Source: Podarcis pityusensis (lineage: Eukaryota). From it: DNA of 64,000 nt. The position numbers were made by a program, and so were the translations under genes. The notes beneath the pieces were generated by a model. It saw only the letters and a program-made list of their open reading frames with translations, was not told the DNA's origin and ran no database searches. The DNA lies in assembly GCA_964106645.2 (NCBI GenBank), contig OZ067040.1. One strand, written 5' to 3'. Positions 24,686 to 37,355 of this stretch are shown piece by piece (the first letter of the stretch is position 1; each line of letters opens with the position of its first letter).

Positions 24686-25669
24686 TAGTACACCCTGGTA
24701 AATTCAAAGATAATTGGCTTCTGGCTATACAGAAAAACATTAGGGGCTCCAAGTGGTGTCTGCTTATACTCCTGGGGGCCTCATGAGTTATGATGGGCAA
24801 GACTGGATTGATATTCAACAACTTGGTGCACCATACTATGACAGCTTTTCTAGGGAAGAACCCTGACTTCTTTCCGACATGGCATGGAAATGGAAGTGAC
24901 ATCAGTAAGACAGAGGACAGGGAGCTGGCACTTTGAATGTTGATCAAGACCTCTGAACTGGAAAATAAACACATTGCCTATTCCTCGTTGCCATAAAGAT
25001 ATAAGTGGCCCAGTTAGTTTGTGTATCAGTCCTGCACACCACTAAGTGTACAGAGTTAGCATCAACAGAGGATGGTTGAGAAGTAATATTAAGCTGAATC
25101 TGGTGCTTCCTATCAGTTCCCTAGGGCAAAGCATGTCTTTTAGCAGAAATTTTGATTCATGTAACCCCAGCTTCAAAGAAAAATGCCGTCAGAAAGCTAT
25201 TACTTGCAGCGTGAATTCAGTGATTACTCAGTATTTTCTGATTCACTGACAGTTGCATCAAGCCAGAGACCTGAAGAAAATTAGGTTTGAGCTTGAATGC
25301 AGGTGACTTGCTGCTGCAGAGACATTTGAGTGACTTTTGGCTTCATAAGTTGTTGTTTCAATTTAGAAGCTCCAGTGTGGATGCAGAGAGGGATTGTGGT
25401 GTTTATACACAGCTCCTTGTGAGCAGGATTGTCCAGTTCTTATCAATATGTAAGGAAACTTCCCTGTGCAGAGCATTGTCTAGTAGTGTAGAGAACTGTG
25501 TAGCACTGTTGATGTGTGCATGGTTAATTAGAACCCCAATGATTTTTTCATCAATTTAAATTTGTTATTAATTTCAAAGTCTTCTTTTTTCTTTCTGCAT
25601 ATGACTAGTGAGATAAAATTCACAGTAATAGAAATAATAAAGCAATATCAAGAGTTGCAAGCTGGAGGG

Positions 25670-26190
25670 TCAACATCTTTGTAAGTGGCTTGGATGAAGG
25701 AATTGAGGGGATGCTCATAAAATTTGCAGATGACACCAAACTGGGAGGGTTAGCCAATGCCACAGAATCAGAATTCAATATGACCTTAACAGATTAGAGA
25801 ACTGGACCCAAACTAACAAATAAATTTCAATAGGAACAAATAGAAAGTTCTCCCCTGAGGCAGGACGAGCCAGATGCACAAATATAAGATGGGGACACCT
25901 GGCTTGCCAGTAATACATGTGAAAGTGATCTAGTGGTCTTAGTAGACCACAGAATACTGGGGGTGGGGGCCAGGTAAGCCCCGCCCTGGATAATTGATCA
26001 CATGACATGGTTCATGCACACCATTTGAACAGCAATTCTCATCAACTGGGGGGCTGCCCCCCTCAAGTATTTTATGGGGGGGAACGAAGGGACTTTGGCC
26101 CCTAGGGTTTGGCTTTTAAGTCTGAGTGCCACAATTTAAGAAGGATATTGAGAAGCTGGAACATGTGCAGAGGGTGGTGACTAAGATGGG
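25670..26190 (+). mobile_element. Old CR1 LINE RT fragment with an internal insertion
   Basis: aaatttgcagatgacaccaaactgggaggg encodes KFADDTKLGG, followed later by ccacaatttaagaaggatattgagaagctggaa. Confidence 0.7.
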
Positions 26191-26325
26191 TAGGGAGAAG
26201 AGAGGAAGGGGAAGTCTTGTTGCACAAGTTGAAATCTACTCGCATGATATTTGATAAATACAGGTTCTTGTATATTCTTGTAGTATAGTTTAATAATTAG
26301 TTCTCTCTTTCTCCTATGTTTGCAG

Positions 26326-26425
26326 CATTTGTCTTATGGTAATGGCAGCTTGCGAGTTGACGCGGCCTTCCAGCAGACACTGTGGAGTGTAGCCCCCATC
26401 AGTTCAGGAAGTGAAGCAGCTCAAG
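26326..26425 (+). CDS. RYR2: RYR2 exon 9 (HLSYGNGSLRVDAAFQQTLWSVAPISSGSEAAQ-G), 100 nt
   Basis: ttgcag|CATTTG ... GCTCAAG|gtaata. Confidence 0.97.
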
Positions 26426-27486
26426 GTAATATTGATAACATAATAATGCTAATGCTAATTGTACTATCAGTTAGCTGTTTCAATAATAATGGCCTGCAGA
26501 TAATTGCTGTATTGAACAAGTATTTCAGGACCTTTATATTATTTTATTTAGGGATTGGAGGAAAGTGAGACAGATGGTACTGCCGCATGTCATAAAATCA
26601 GTCCTACTCAAGGACACTTGATTTTATAATGTGCAAAATGAATAAATAATGAGAGGCAATGCACTGGATGATAGGCAGGTGGTTGTGTTGGCTTTTGATT
26701 TTTCTGGCATTCTCTTAGCCACCCACTCCCAACTCGTTCGTCATCTTGCTTAGTGTCTGCTTTTTTACATGTCACAAAAAACAGTACTGGGGGAGTGCAC
26801 ATTAGTGCTGACTTACAATATATCTGATTTCACTGGTGTGTAAAAATACCTTGGGGAAACCATGGATTCCTGGTTTGCCAGATAGCTTTTACTATGATTA
26901 TATTTAATGAAGTCTGCACTGAATCATAATTATGCTGTTAAAAGCTCTTATTTCTGTTTTGTGCGTGATCTGGTAGTAGCTTTTATTGAAAGCAAATAAT
27001 CTTTATAGATTTTATCATACATTTACATTTCAATAATGTAATGTAAACACAATAGTGTTTCAGATTATTCTCTCCAAGTGTATGCGAGGCTTAAACCTTG
27101 ATTAGTGCCGTTAAAAGATGGCTGCTTTTCCCAGTAGCCTTGTTAAAAAGCAGGAAATCTGACTTTTGACACATAGACCGATGAGTGCTATCTTTTAACA
27201 GATCACTTACTGCACTTATTATTCTAGACATGACTTCAGATAGTGCCTGCAAAACCTTGCATGTGCACAGGGCACCCACAGGCTTAATAAGGAGTGAATC
27301 CATTACTTCTCTTCTTACTATAGTCCTTTTAAAATAAAAATAAACAACAAGGAGACAGGGGTGCGGATTTAAAACCAGTATGTACTATCAACATTCTTTG
27401 AAATTGAATGGAAGTAGATATTTGCAGATTTTGAGCTTGGCTTAATCCTAAAACACATAATGTTTGCCCCCCCCCCCCAATTATAG

Positions 27487-27583
27487 GTTACCTGATAGGA
27501 GGTGATGTACTGCGGTTGTTACATGGTCACATGGATGAATGTTTGACTGTCCCTTCAGGAGAGCATGGAGAAGAGCAAAGAAG
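27487..27583 (+). CDS. RYR2: RYR2 exon 10 (YLIGGDVLRLLHGHMDECLTVPSGEHGEEQR-R), 97 nt
   Basis: ttatag|GTTACC ... AAGAAG|gtaaat. Confidence 0.97.
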
Positions 27584-28956
27584 GTAAATTTTATGATGGG
27601 AAGGGGAAGAGATGGTCATGACAGGATACTGTGGACTGGGCCACTTGGTGTAACCCTAGGGTGTTCTGAGAAGGAACCAGCAAGAGAACTGCTGCACTTA
27701 TCATTCCCTAAGCCCCATAGCTCTAGGAAAGGGGCTACGTCACAGGCCCCATGAGGTGGGGAGACTCTTATTAGCAGCTGACCAAGTGCATTGAGACCAG
27801 ACTGACCCCTTGTCTATAGCTGATGTCACTGGGTAAAACGCCAGCATGAAAAAAGTGAAGTAGAAGGAATTGTTATTGCTCTGCTACCCTCTGGGAATTT
27901 GGCTGTATTGCCTGGGGAAGTAAATGTGAGGTTGACCAAAGTCTAATAGCATATTCCCCTCATGGAATCCGTGGATCATGGAGCATTATTCATTGTGCCA
28001 CTTCCCGAGGACAGTCCCACAAACAGAACAAGCAAATAAATTCATAGGCTGGAATACTAATAGTGCAATCCTATATACTTGTCCTCAGAAGTAAGTCCCA
28101 TTGAGTTCAGTAGGGCTTAATTCCAGGTAAGTAAGTATAGGATTGCAGCTTTAGACTTTTTTTTTTAAGCTGTACAGGTTGCAGTCTTGGTTACTCAAAA
28201 GCCTTCATTATACTTCCTTGCTATATTTAGTTAAAACTGTTTGAGGACTTAAATCTGTTCAAGGATTTATGGTTAAAGCACATGGTAAATCACCTGCTTT
28301 GCATATTGGGTTCAATTCCCAGTATTTCCAGTTGAGAGGGACCTTAACTAGAAGAGCTGGGATCTTGGAAGAGACTTTGCCCAAGATCTCGGAAGCCATT
28401 GCCAAAGTACCAAAATACGGGAACTTCTTATGACTCCGTTCCCAAATCTAAATGTAATATTCTTTTAGACCATAAGCATGAATGGAAATCTTAGTTCTTG
28501 TTTTGAGCAGTTGTTCTATAACAGTGAGTATTAACAATACTGTATATTAAGAAGATACATGGTGAATTTTGCAAATACGTTTCTTGAAAATTGAGCCTGA
28601 TCCTACTTGGGCTTCACAGTAGGGAACCCACTGAAATGAATAAAGCTTGCTTTAGCCCAAGGCTTGTGGAATTGGTATTTTTGATACTTTCGTTTATTGA
28701 GAATAGAAGTGTCATTTTATTTTTTTTGTCATTTTTCTGTTGCCCATTGTACCTGGGGCTTGCCTAAGGGGTTACTAATGCAGAGAGAAAGAGAATCTAG
28801 AGGGAGAATAATGATTATGTGTCACTGTGTTTGGAGCTGGAGCAGAGTCACTATGAGGGGAGAAAATATTTTTTACAAGAACATATAGATACTTTTTCTC
28901 TCACTTTCCACATCCTACTCTAATGAGATTAATTAAGCTCATTTATTTATTAATGG

Positions 28957-31900
28957 CCCCTTCATGGATCACTGCCTTGCCATGGCGAAGGGGCTTGAAT
29001 AACTCAGAGAAGCTATGAGCTATGCCGTGCAGGGCCACCCAAGATGGACAGGTCATAGTGGAGAGTTTTGACCAAACGTGATCCACCTGGAGCAGGAACA
29101 GGCAAGCCACTCCAGTATCCCTGCCAAGAAAACTCCGTGGACAAAGACAACAGGCATATAAAAGTTATGACGCTGGAAGATGAGCCCCTCAGGTCAGAAG
29201 GCGTCCAACATGCTACTGAGGAAGAGCGGAGGACAAGTACAAGTAGATTCAGAGCTGATGAAGCGGCTGGGCCAAAGCCGAAAGGACGCTCAGTTGCGGA
29301 TATGCCTGAAAGCGAAAGGAAAGTCCAATGCTGTAAAGAAAAATATTGCATAGGAACCTGAAATGTAAGAACCATGAACCTTGGTAAGTTGGATGTGGTC
29401 AAAAATGAGATGGCAAGAATAAATATTGACATCCTGGGCATCAGTGAACTAAAATGGACGGGAATGGGCGAATTCAGTTTGGATGACCATCACATCTACT
29501 ACTGTGGGCAGGAATATCGTAAAAGAAATGGAGTGGCCCTCATAGTCAACAAAAGAGTGGCAAAAGCTGTACTGGGATGCAATCTCAAAAATGATAGAAT
29601 GATCTCGATACGAATCCAAGGCAGACCTTTTAACATCACAGTAATCCAAGTTTATGCACCAACCACTGGTGCTGAAGAAACTGAAATTGACCAATTCTAT
29701 GAAAACTTACAACACCTTATAGAAATGACACCAAAGAAGGATGTTCTTCTCATTATAGGGGATTGGAATGCTAAAGTAGGGAGTCAAGAGATAAAAGGAA
29801 CAACTGGCAAGTTTGGCCTTGGAGTTCAAAACGAAGCAGGGCAAAGGCTAATAGAGTTTTGTCAAGAGAACAAGCTGGTCATCACAAACACTCTTTTCCA
29901 ACAACACAAGAGACGACTCTACACATGGACATCACCAGATGGGCAGCATCGAAATCAGATTGATTATATTATTTGCAGCCAAAGATGGAGAAGCTCTATA
30001 CAGTCAGCAAAAACAAGACCTGGAGCTGACTGTGGCTCAGATCATCAGCTTCTTATAGCAAAATTCAAGCTTAAACTGAAGAAAGTAGGAAAAACCACTG
30101 GGCTGGTAAGATACAATCTAAGTCAAATCCCTTATTGAATACACAGTGGAAGTGAGGAACAGGTTTAAGGATTTAGATTTGGTGGACAGAGTGCCTGAAG
30201 AACTATGGATGGAGGCTCGTAACATTATACAAGAGGCAGCAACTAAAACCCTCCCAATGAAAAGGAAATGCAAGAAAGCAAAGTGGCTGTCCAACGAGGC
30301 CTTACAAATAGCGGGGGAGAGAAGGGAAGCAAAATGCGAGGGAGATAGTGAAAGATACAGGAAATTGAATGCAGATTTCAAAAAAATAGCAAGGAGAGAC
30401 AAGAAGGCCTTCTTAAACGAGCAATGCAAAGAAATAGAGGAAAACAATAGAATGGGAAAAACCAGAGATCTGTTCAAGAAAATTGGAGATAAGAAAGGAA
30501 CATTTTGTACAAAGATTTCCATAATAAAAGACAAAAGTGGAAAGGACCTAACAGAAACAGAAGACATCAAGAAGAGATGGCAAGAATACACAGAGGAACT
30601 ATACCAGAAAGAAATGGATGTCTCGTATACCCCAGGTAGTGTGGTTTGCTGACCTTGAGCCAGACATCCTGGAAAGTGAAGTCAAATGGGCTTTAGAAAG
30701 CATTGCTAATAACAAGGCCAGTGGAAGTGATGATATTCCAGCTGAACTATTTAAAATTTTAAAAGATGATGCTGTTAAGGTGCTACACTCAATATGCCAG
30801 CAAATTTGGAAAACTCAGCTGTGGCCAGAGGATTGGAGAAGATCAGTCTACATCCCAATCCCAAAGAAGGGAAGTGCCAAAGAATGCTCCATCTACCGCA
30901 CAATTGCACTCATTTCACACGCTAGCAAGGTTATGCTTAAAATTCTACAAGGCAAGCTTAAGCAGTATGTGGACCGAGAACTCCCAGAAGTGCAAGCTGG
31001 ATTTAGAAGAGGCAGAGGAACCAGAGACCAAATTGCAAGCATGCGCTGGATTATGGAGAAAGCTAGAGAGTTCCAGAAAGACATCTACTTCTGCTTCATT
31101 GACTATGCAAAAGCGTTTGACTGTGTCGACCACAGCAAACTGTGGCAAGTTCTTAAAGAAATGGGAGTGCCTGATCACCTCATCTGTCTCCTGAGAAATC
31201 TCTATGTGGGACAAGAAGCTACAGTTAGAACTGGATATGGAACAACTGATTGGTTCAAAATTGGGAAAGGAGTACGGCAAGGCTGTATATTGTCCCCCTG
31301 CTTATTTAACTTATATGCAGAATTCATCATGCGAAAGGCTGGGCTGGATGAATTCCAAGACGGAATTAAGATTGCCGGAAGAAATATCAACAACCTCAGA
31401 TATGCAGATGACACAACCTTGATGGCAGAAATTGAGGAGGAATTAAAGAACCTTTTAATGAGGGTGAAAGAGGAGAGCGCAAAATATGGTCTGAAGCTCA
31501 ACATCAAAAAAACGAAGATCATGGCCACTGGTCCCATCACCTCCTGGCAAATAGAAGGGCTCCATGATCACTGCAGATGGTGACAGCAGTCACGAAATTA
31601 AAAGACGCCTGCTCCTTGGGAGAAAGGCGATGGCAAATCTAGACAACATCTTAAGAAGTAGAGACATCACCTTACCAACAAAGGTCCATATAGTTAAAGC
31701 CATGATTTTCCCAGTAGTGACGTATGGAAGTGAGAGCTGGACCATAAAGAAGGCTGATCGCCGAAGAATTGATGCTTTTGAATTATGGTGCTGGAGGAGA
31801 TTTGAGAGTCCCATGGACAGCAAGAAGATCAAACGTATCCATTCTTAAGGAAATCAACCCTGAGTGCGCACTGGAAGGACAGATCGTGAAGCTGAGGCTC

Positions 31901-32142
31901 CAATACTTTGGCCACCTCATGAGAAGAGAAGACTCCCTGGAAAAGACCCTGATGCTGGGAAAGATGGAGGGCACAAGGAGAAGGGGACGACAGAGGACAA
32001 GATGGTTGGACAGTGTTCTCGAAGCTACAAACATGAGTCTGACCAAATTGCGGGAGGCAGTGAAAGACAGGAGTGCCTGGCCTGCTCTGGTCCATGGGGT
32101 CACGAAGAGTCGGACACGACTAAACGACTAAACAACAACAAC
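28957..32142 (+). mobile_element. Full-length Bov-B (RTE-clade) LINE with a disrupted APE-RT ORF
   Basis: 12-bp TSD atttattaatgg (28945-28956, 32143-32154) and (CAA)n tail. ORF pieces carry APE motifs (GISELKWTG, GDWNAKVG, QIDY, GSDH) and RT motifs (RTIALISHASK, IDYAKAFD, GVRQGCILSP, RYADDT). Nonsense TGA at 29359-29361 (GT*NV), frameshifts near 30137, 30640 and 31800, and a short deletion near 31557. Confidence 0.95.
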
Positions 32143-32552
32143 ATTTATTAATGGAACTTTTAGACCAAACTTCATTACAAAGAATCAAAGAATGGTTACC
32201 AGCATATTATAAAACACACTGGAAAATCACCACCACCATCACCATCCATTGGTTATATTTTTTTTTTTAAAGCAATTTATTGGGTTTTACAATAAAAGTA
32301 AACATAATAAACAATATAACATTTGTCTTAACATAGTTTCACATTTTCTTTGGACTTCCTCACATCTCCCGCTCCCACTTTCATCGTTGTAACATTTTGT
32401 CAGCAATTTATCATCTTATTTAAATTCTTATATCCCTTCTATATTTCATAATCTTATAATTCTCGAAAGGAGCTAAATTTTCACAATCTTACTTATTTTC
32501 TTAAAAACTTCTAAATTTAGTGGTGCTCAGTTATTTTAATCTAGCATCTTAT

Positions 32553-35500
32553 TTAGCATTCACTCAAATTACAATACTTTTGTAAATAGTTCTTAAATTT
32601 CTTCCAATCCTCCTCAATCCTCTCTTCTCCCAGGTCACGGATTCTGCCGGTCATTTCAGCCAGTTCCATGTAGTCTATCAGTTGTATCTGCCATTCTTCC
32701 AGTGTGGGTAGATCTTGAGTTTTCCAATGTTTTGCGAGAAGTATCCTTGCTGCTGTTGTTGCATACATAAAAAATGTCTGGTCCTTCTTTGCCACCCCTT
32801 GGCCGACAATACCCAAAAGGAAAGCCTCTGGTTTCTTAGTGAAGGTATATTTAAATACCTTTTTCAATTCATTATAAATCATTTCCCAGAACGCCTTCAC
32901 TTTAGGGCAAGTCCACCAGAGGTGGAAGAACGTTCCCTCACACTCTTTACATTTCCAACACTTATTATCAGACAGGTGGTAAATTTTGGCAAGTTTGACT
33001 GGGGTCATATACCATCTATAAATCATTTTCATTACATTTTCTTTCAGAGCGTTACATGCAGTAAATTTCAATCCATTACTCCACAACCTCTCCCAGTCCT
33101 CAAACATGATATTATGCCCAATGTCCTGTGCCCACCTTATCATAGCCGATTTAACCGTTTCATCTTGTGTATTCCATTTCAACAGCAAGTTATACATCCT
33201 TGAAAGTACCTTAATCTTTGGTTCTAACAATTCTGTTTCTAATTTCGATTTCTCCACCTGGAACCCTAGTTTCTTATCATTTTTAAAAACTTCTTTAATC
33301 TGAGCGTAATGTAACCAATCTCGCACTTTGTCTTTCATTTTCTCCAAACTCTGCAATTTCCAATTGTCTCCATCCTTTTCTAGTATTTCCCAATATTTTG
33401 GCCATTTAGCCTCCATATTGGGTCTTTTTCGGGCCTTGGCTTCCAGAGGTGAAAGCCACCTTGGTGTTTTATTTTCCAGCAAGTCTTTATATTTTGTCCA
33501 GACATTAAACAATGATTTTCTGACAATATAGTTCTTAAAGGCCTTATTTGCTTTAACCTTGTCATACCATAAATATGCATGCCATCCAAAGGCATTGTTA
33601 AACCCTTCCAAATCTAACACATCAGTGTCTTCAAGAAGTAGCCAGTCTTTTAGCCAGCAGAACGCTGCGGCTTCATAGTACAACTTTAAGTCTGGCAGGG
33701 CGAAGCCCCCTCTTTGTTTTGCATCGGTTAATATCTTAAACTTAATTCTGGGCTTTTTGCCCTGCCAGACAAACTTAGAAATGTCTCTCTGCCACTTCTG
33801 AAAGCACTCCGTTTTGTCCAAAACCTGAAGTGTTTGAAATAAAAACAACATCCTTGGCAATACATTCATCTTGATAGCAGCAATTCGGCCTAACAAAGAA
33901 AGTTTCAATTTTGACCAACTATCTAAGTCTCTCTTAATTTCTGTCCAGCATTTTTCATAATTGTCCTTAAATAGACTTAGATTTTTTACTGTTATGTTTA
34001 CCCCTAGGTATTTTACTTTTTTAACCACATTAAGTTCCGTCTCATTCTGAAACCGTTCTGACTCTGTATCAGTCAAATTTTTCCCCAAAACCTTAGTTTT
34101 CTGTTTATTTAGTTTAAATCCAGCCACCCGACCAAAGTCATTAATCAGTTGTAATACTCTTTTCGTACTGGGCTCTGGCTTCTGCAAGGTCAAAACCAGG
34201 TCATCTGCGAAAGCTTTTAATTTATATTGTTTCTGACCGACCTGAATTCCTTCCACCAACCGATCCCCTCTAATCATGTTCAATAGCACTTCCAGAACCG
34301 AAATGAATAACAAAGGGGAAATAGGGCAACCTTGTCGTGTCCCTTTTTCAATTTTAAACTCTTCTGTAACCACATTATTAACTATCAGTTTAGCTTTCTG
34401 TTCTGAATATATCGCCTCAATCCCATTCTCAAAACCCCGTCCCACTCCCATCTCTTTTAAATTTCCCATCATAAATTTCCAGGAGATATTGTCAAAGGCC
34501 TTCTCCGCGTCTATAAAAATTAAAACTGCTTTTGTATTTATATCTGTTTGCAAAAGTTCCAAAATGTCAATAATGTTCCTTGTATTAGCAAACAGATGTC
34601 TACCTGGGAGAAAGCCGGCCTGGTCCTTGTGAATTACTTCATTTAAAACTTTTTTAAATCTATTTGCCAAAATGTCTGCAAATATTTTGTAATCCACATT
34701 TAAAAGAGAGATGGGACGGTAGTTCTTGAGTTGTGTCTTTTCAGCTTCCGACTTTGGTATTAATGTGATGAACGCTTCCTTCCACGACTCCGGTGCCCTC
34801 TTCCCCTCCATAATTTCATTGCTGACCTCCATCAAAGGTTGTATCAAATAGTCTTTTAATGTCTTATAGTACTTGGAGGTCAGCCCATCTGGTCCTGGAG
34901 ATTTGCCAAGTTGCATGTTCTGGATGGCTTGTTCGATCTCCTGTCGTGTTATTTTAGAATTCAGGATTGTCCTATTTTCTTGTGACAATTTAGATAGTCC
35001 GTTTTTTGCCAAAAATTGTTTAATCTCAACATCGTCTTGCGGCCCTTGGGTGTATAATTTTTTGAAGTATCTCTGGAAACACTTTCTGATATCCACTGGA
35101 TTCTGGATGTTTTTTCCATCAACCTCTAAGTTTGTAACAGTATTTAATCTTTGTCTTCTCTTCAACTGCCAAGCTAGCAGTTTTCCACATTTATTCGCCG
35201 ACTCAAACGTTTTTTGTTTCATTAATTTAACCTTCCATTCAATTTCCTGATTTATCAATTTAGAATATTGTGTTTGATAAAGTTTAATTTCTCTCAGAGT
35301 TGGCTGTGACTTCGGATTCACTCTTAATTTCTTCTCTAATTCTTTTATTTTATCCAAGATCTTATCTTTTTTCTCATTTTGTGTTCTTTTCTTTACTGCA
35401 TTCTGTTGTATCAAGAATCCCCTCATTACAGCTTTGCTTGCGTCCCAGATTATTCTTTTTTCCACCATATTATTCATGTTTATCTCAAAGTAGTCCTTCA

Positions 35501-36293
35501 AAACTTTTTGGGCCTTCTTGGTAATTTCCTGATCTCTAAACAAATTGTCATTCATCTTCCATCTAAAGGATCCAGTTGGTAATAGTGTCATATCCATCTT
35601 TACTGCATTATGGTCGGAACAGATCTTTGGGCAGATTTCCACTTTTCTGACCTTAGGTGCCAGGCCTCTGGAGATCCATATTTGGTCGATTCTTGTCCAG
35701 GTCAGTTGGGCTTCAGAAAAGAATGTTCCCTCTCTTCCTAGTGGGTTCTTTGTCCTCCAAATGTCAATCAAATCCATATTGTCAGTCATTTCAAAGAAGG
35801 TTTTAGGTAGTCTGCCGTCTTTTGTAACATTTTGACTTTGTGACTTGTCCATGTTAGTTGATACGACCCCATTCATATCTCCCATCATTATGATGTTGTT
35901 GTAGTCCAGATAGTCCAGCATTGTCTCCTGCAGCTTCTTGTAAAATTCCGATTTCCCTTCATTAGGTGCATAGATTCCTAATATCAACAGTTTCTCTCCT
36001 TGATATTGTATCTCAATAGCCAAAATTCTTCCATGTTCATCTTTAAATAGGAATTTAGGTGACAGGCTCTCTTTTGCATATATCACCACGCCTCTCTTCT
36101 TAACTTTGTCCGACGATACAAATTCCTGGCCCAATCTTTTATTTATTAGCACTTTTCTGTGGAGCCTCGTCACATGTGTTTCTTGTAAACAGATAATGTC
36201 CAATTGTTCTTTTTTTAATATATGAAATATTTTCTTCCTTTTTTCCGGAATGTTACAACCATTAATATTCCAACTCAGCAGTTGCAGAGACAT
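32553..36293 (-). CDS. L1 ORF2 protein: APE endonuclease, reverse transcriptase and C-terminal CCHC motif, 1246 aa, uninterrupted
   Basis: SWNING, LQETH, GDMN, RID and SDH (APE). KSPGPDG, YRPISLLNVDYKI, DAEKAFD, GTRQGCPISP and FADD (RT). CWKC..HLWWTC. Confidence 0.96.
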   Translation of the reverse strand: MSLQLLSWNINGCNIPEKRKKIFHILKKEQLDIICLQETHVTRLHRKVLINKRLGQEFVSSDKVKKRGVVIYAKESLSPKFLFKDEHGRILAIEIQYQGEKLLILGIYAPNEGKSEFYKKLQETMLDYLDYNNIIMMGDMNGVVSTNMDKSQSQNVTKDGRLPKTFFEMTDNMDLIDIWRTKNPLGREGTFFSEAQLTWTRIDQIWISRGLAPKVRKVEICPKICSDHNAVKMDMTLLPTGSFRWKMNDNLFRDQEITKKAQKVLKDYFEINMNNMVEKRIIWDASKAVMRGFLIQQNAVKKRTQNEKKDKILDKIKELEKKLRVNPKSQPTLREIKLYQTQYSKLINQEIEWKVKLMKQKTFESANKCGKLLAWQLKRRQRLNTVTNLEVDGKNIQNPVDIRKCFQRYFKKLYTQGPQDDVEIKQFLAKNGLSKLSQENRTILNSKITRQEIEQAIQNMQLGKSPGPDGLTSKYYKTLKDYLIQPLMEVSNEIMEGKRAPESWKEAFITLIPKSEAEKTQLKNYRPISLLNVDYKIFADILANRFKKVLNEVIHKDQAGFLPGRHLFANTRNIIDILELLQTDINTKAVLIFIDAEKAFDNISWKFMMGNLKEMGVGRGFENGIEAIYSEQKAKLIVNNVVTEEFKIEKGTRQGCPISPLLFISVLEVLLNMIRGDRLVEGIQVGQKQYKLKAFADDLVLTLQKPEPSTKRVLQLINDFGRVAGFKLNKQKTKVLGKNLTDTESERFQNETELNVVKKVKYLGVNITVKNLSLFKDNYEKCWTEIKRDLDSWSKLKLSLLGRIAAIKMNVLPRMLFLFQTLQVLDKTECFQKWQRDISKFVWQGKKPRIKFKILTDAKQRGGFALPDLKLYYEAAAFCWLKDWLLLEDTDVLDLEGFNNAFGWHAYLWYDKVKANKAFKNYIVRKSLFNVWTKYKDLLENKTPRWLSPLEAKARKRPNMEAKWPKYWEILEKDGDNWKLQSLEKMKDKVRDWLHYAQIKEVFKNDKKLGFQVEKSKLETELLEPKIKVLSRMYNLLLKWNTQDETVKSAMIRWAQDIGHNIMFEDWERLWSNGLKFTACNALKENVMKMIYRWYMTPVKLAKIYHLSDNKCWKCKECEGTFFHLWWTCPKVKAFWEMIYNELKKVFKYTFTKKPEAFLLGIVGQGVAKKDQTFFMYATTAARILLAKHWKTQDLPTLEEWQIQLIDYMELAEMTGRIRDLGEERIEEDWKKFKNYLQKYCNLSEC

Positions 36294-36308
36294 CCTGGAT
36301 CAATCTGG

Positions 36309-37355
36309 TTATTTCTCCAGGGGTGGTATCTTCTCTGAATCTTCAGGTTCCCCAGGTGCTGGTATTGATACTGGCGTTGCCCCAGGCCCAGAAGGTAGTT
36401 CAATTCCTTTTTGAAGATCCTCTCCGTATGTAGCCAAAAATTTGTCTCTCTCTTCCAGTGTTCTTACTTTGACCTTTCTCCCTCTAAAGGTAAAAGATAT
36501 TCCTTGGGGAAATTCCCACCTGAATGGAATTGCGTTGCTCCTTAGTAGTTTAGCAAGTTCAGAATAGGCGGCTCTAAGATCCAGCAGTTGTCTTGGAATA
36601 TCTTTATAGATTTCAATTCTTCTATCCAAGACCTCCAGTGACTTTACGTAATGTAGGCCCAAAATCTTATCCCTTTCCTCCTTTGATCTCAATGTTATCA
36701 AACAGTCTCTGGGCCTCTCCTTCTTTATGAATCTTCCAAGTCTGAAAGCTGACACAATTTTAAAGTCCTTTTCTTCCAAATTCCAGAACTTGGAGAATTC
36801 TTTGGTCAAAAACTCAGTTAGATGTCCTTCTTCTGCCTCTTGTAATGATCTAATCCTCAAATTATTCTCACGATTTCGCAGTTCTATCATAGAAAGATAA
36901 ATCTGATGTTCCCCAACTTGTTTAGTGAGTGGTCTTACCTCTTGCTCTAAATTTTCCAATTTTTGTCTGGTGTCCTCAGCCAATTTCCGATTTTCTGCTG
37001 AGGCCTCCGTTAACTGTCCAATTGCTTGTGTATTCTGTACCACTTGTGTAGTTAGTTTATTTAGACATTCTGTATTTTTGTCAATCTTTGCTGATTGCAC
37101 ATCTACTTTCTTGTCCAAAGCTTCCAATTTTTCAAAAATTTTGTCTAGAACAGAAACAGATGCTCCTGAGGCCATATCTTCCAATTGTAACTGCTCTGCT
37201 TCACCCTCTCCCTCTTTTGCCTGTGACAAGGCAACTTCTTCAACTTCTACTTCTGAGGGCAAAGTAGGTACAGATGATCTACGTGTCTGCGAGGCTGAGG
37301 TTAGAGTTGTTAAAGTTGTTTGTCTAACTCTCCCTCTTTTTCTTGTGCCACTCAT
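36309..37355 (-). CDS. L1 ORF1 protein (coiled coil, RRM, CTD), 348 aa, uninterrupted
   Basis: Heptad-rich region followed by RNRENNLRIRSL, IYKDIP and FRWEFP motifs. ATG start, 15-nt spacer before ORF2. Confidence 0.92.
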   Translation of the reverse strand: MSGTRKRGRVRQTTLTTLTSASQTRRSSVPTLPSEVEVEEVALSQAKEGEGEAEQLQLEDMASGASVSVLDKIFEKLEALDKKVDVQSAKIDKNTECLNKLTTQVVQNTQAIGQLTEASAENRKLAEDTRQKLENLEQEVRPLTKQVGEHQIYLSMIELRNRENNLRIRSLQEAEEGHLTEFLTKEFSKFWNLEEKDFKIVSAFRLGRFIKKERPRDCLITLRSKEERDKILGLHYVKSLEVLDRRIEIYKDIPRQLLDLRAAYSELAKLLRSNAIPFRWEFPQGISFTFRGRKVKVRTLEERDKFLATYGEDLQKGIELPSGPGATPVSIPAPGEPEDSEKIPPLEK

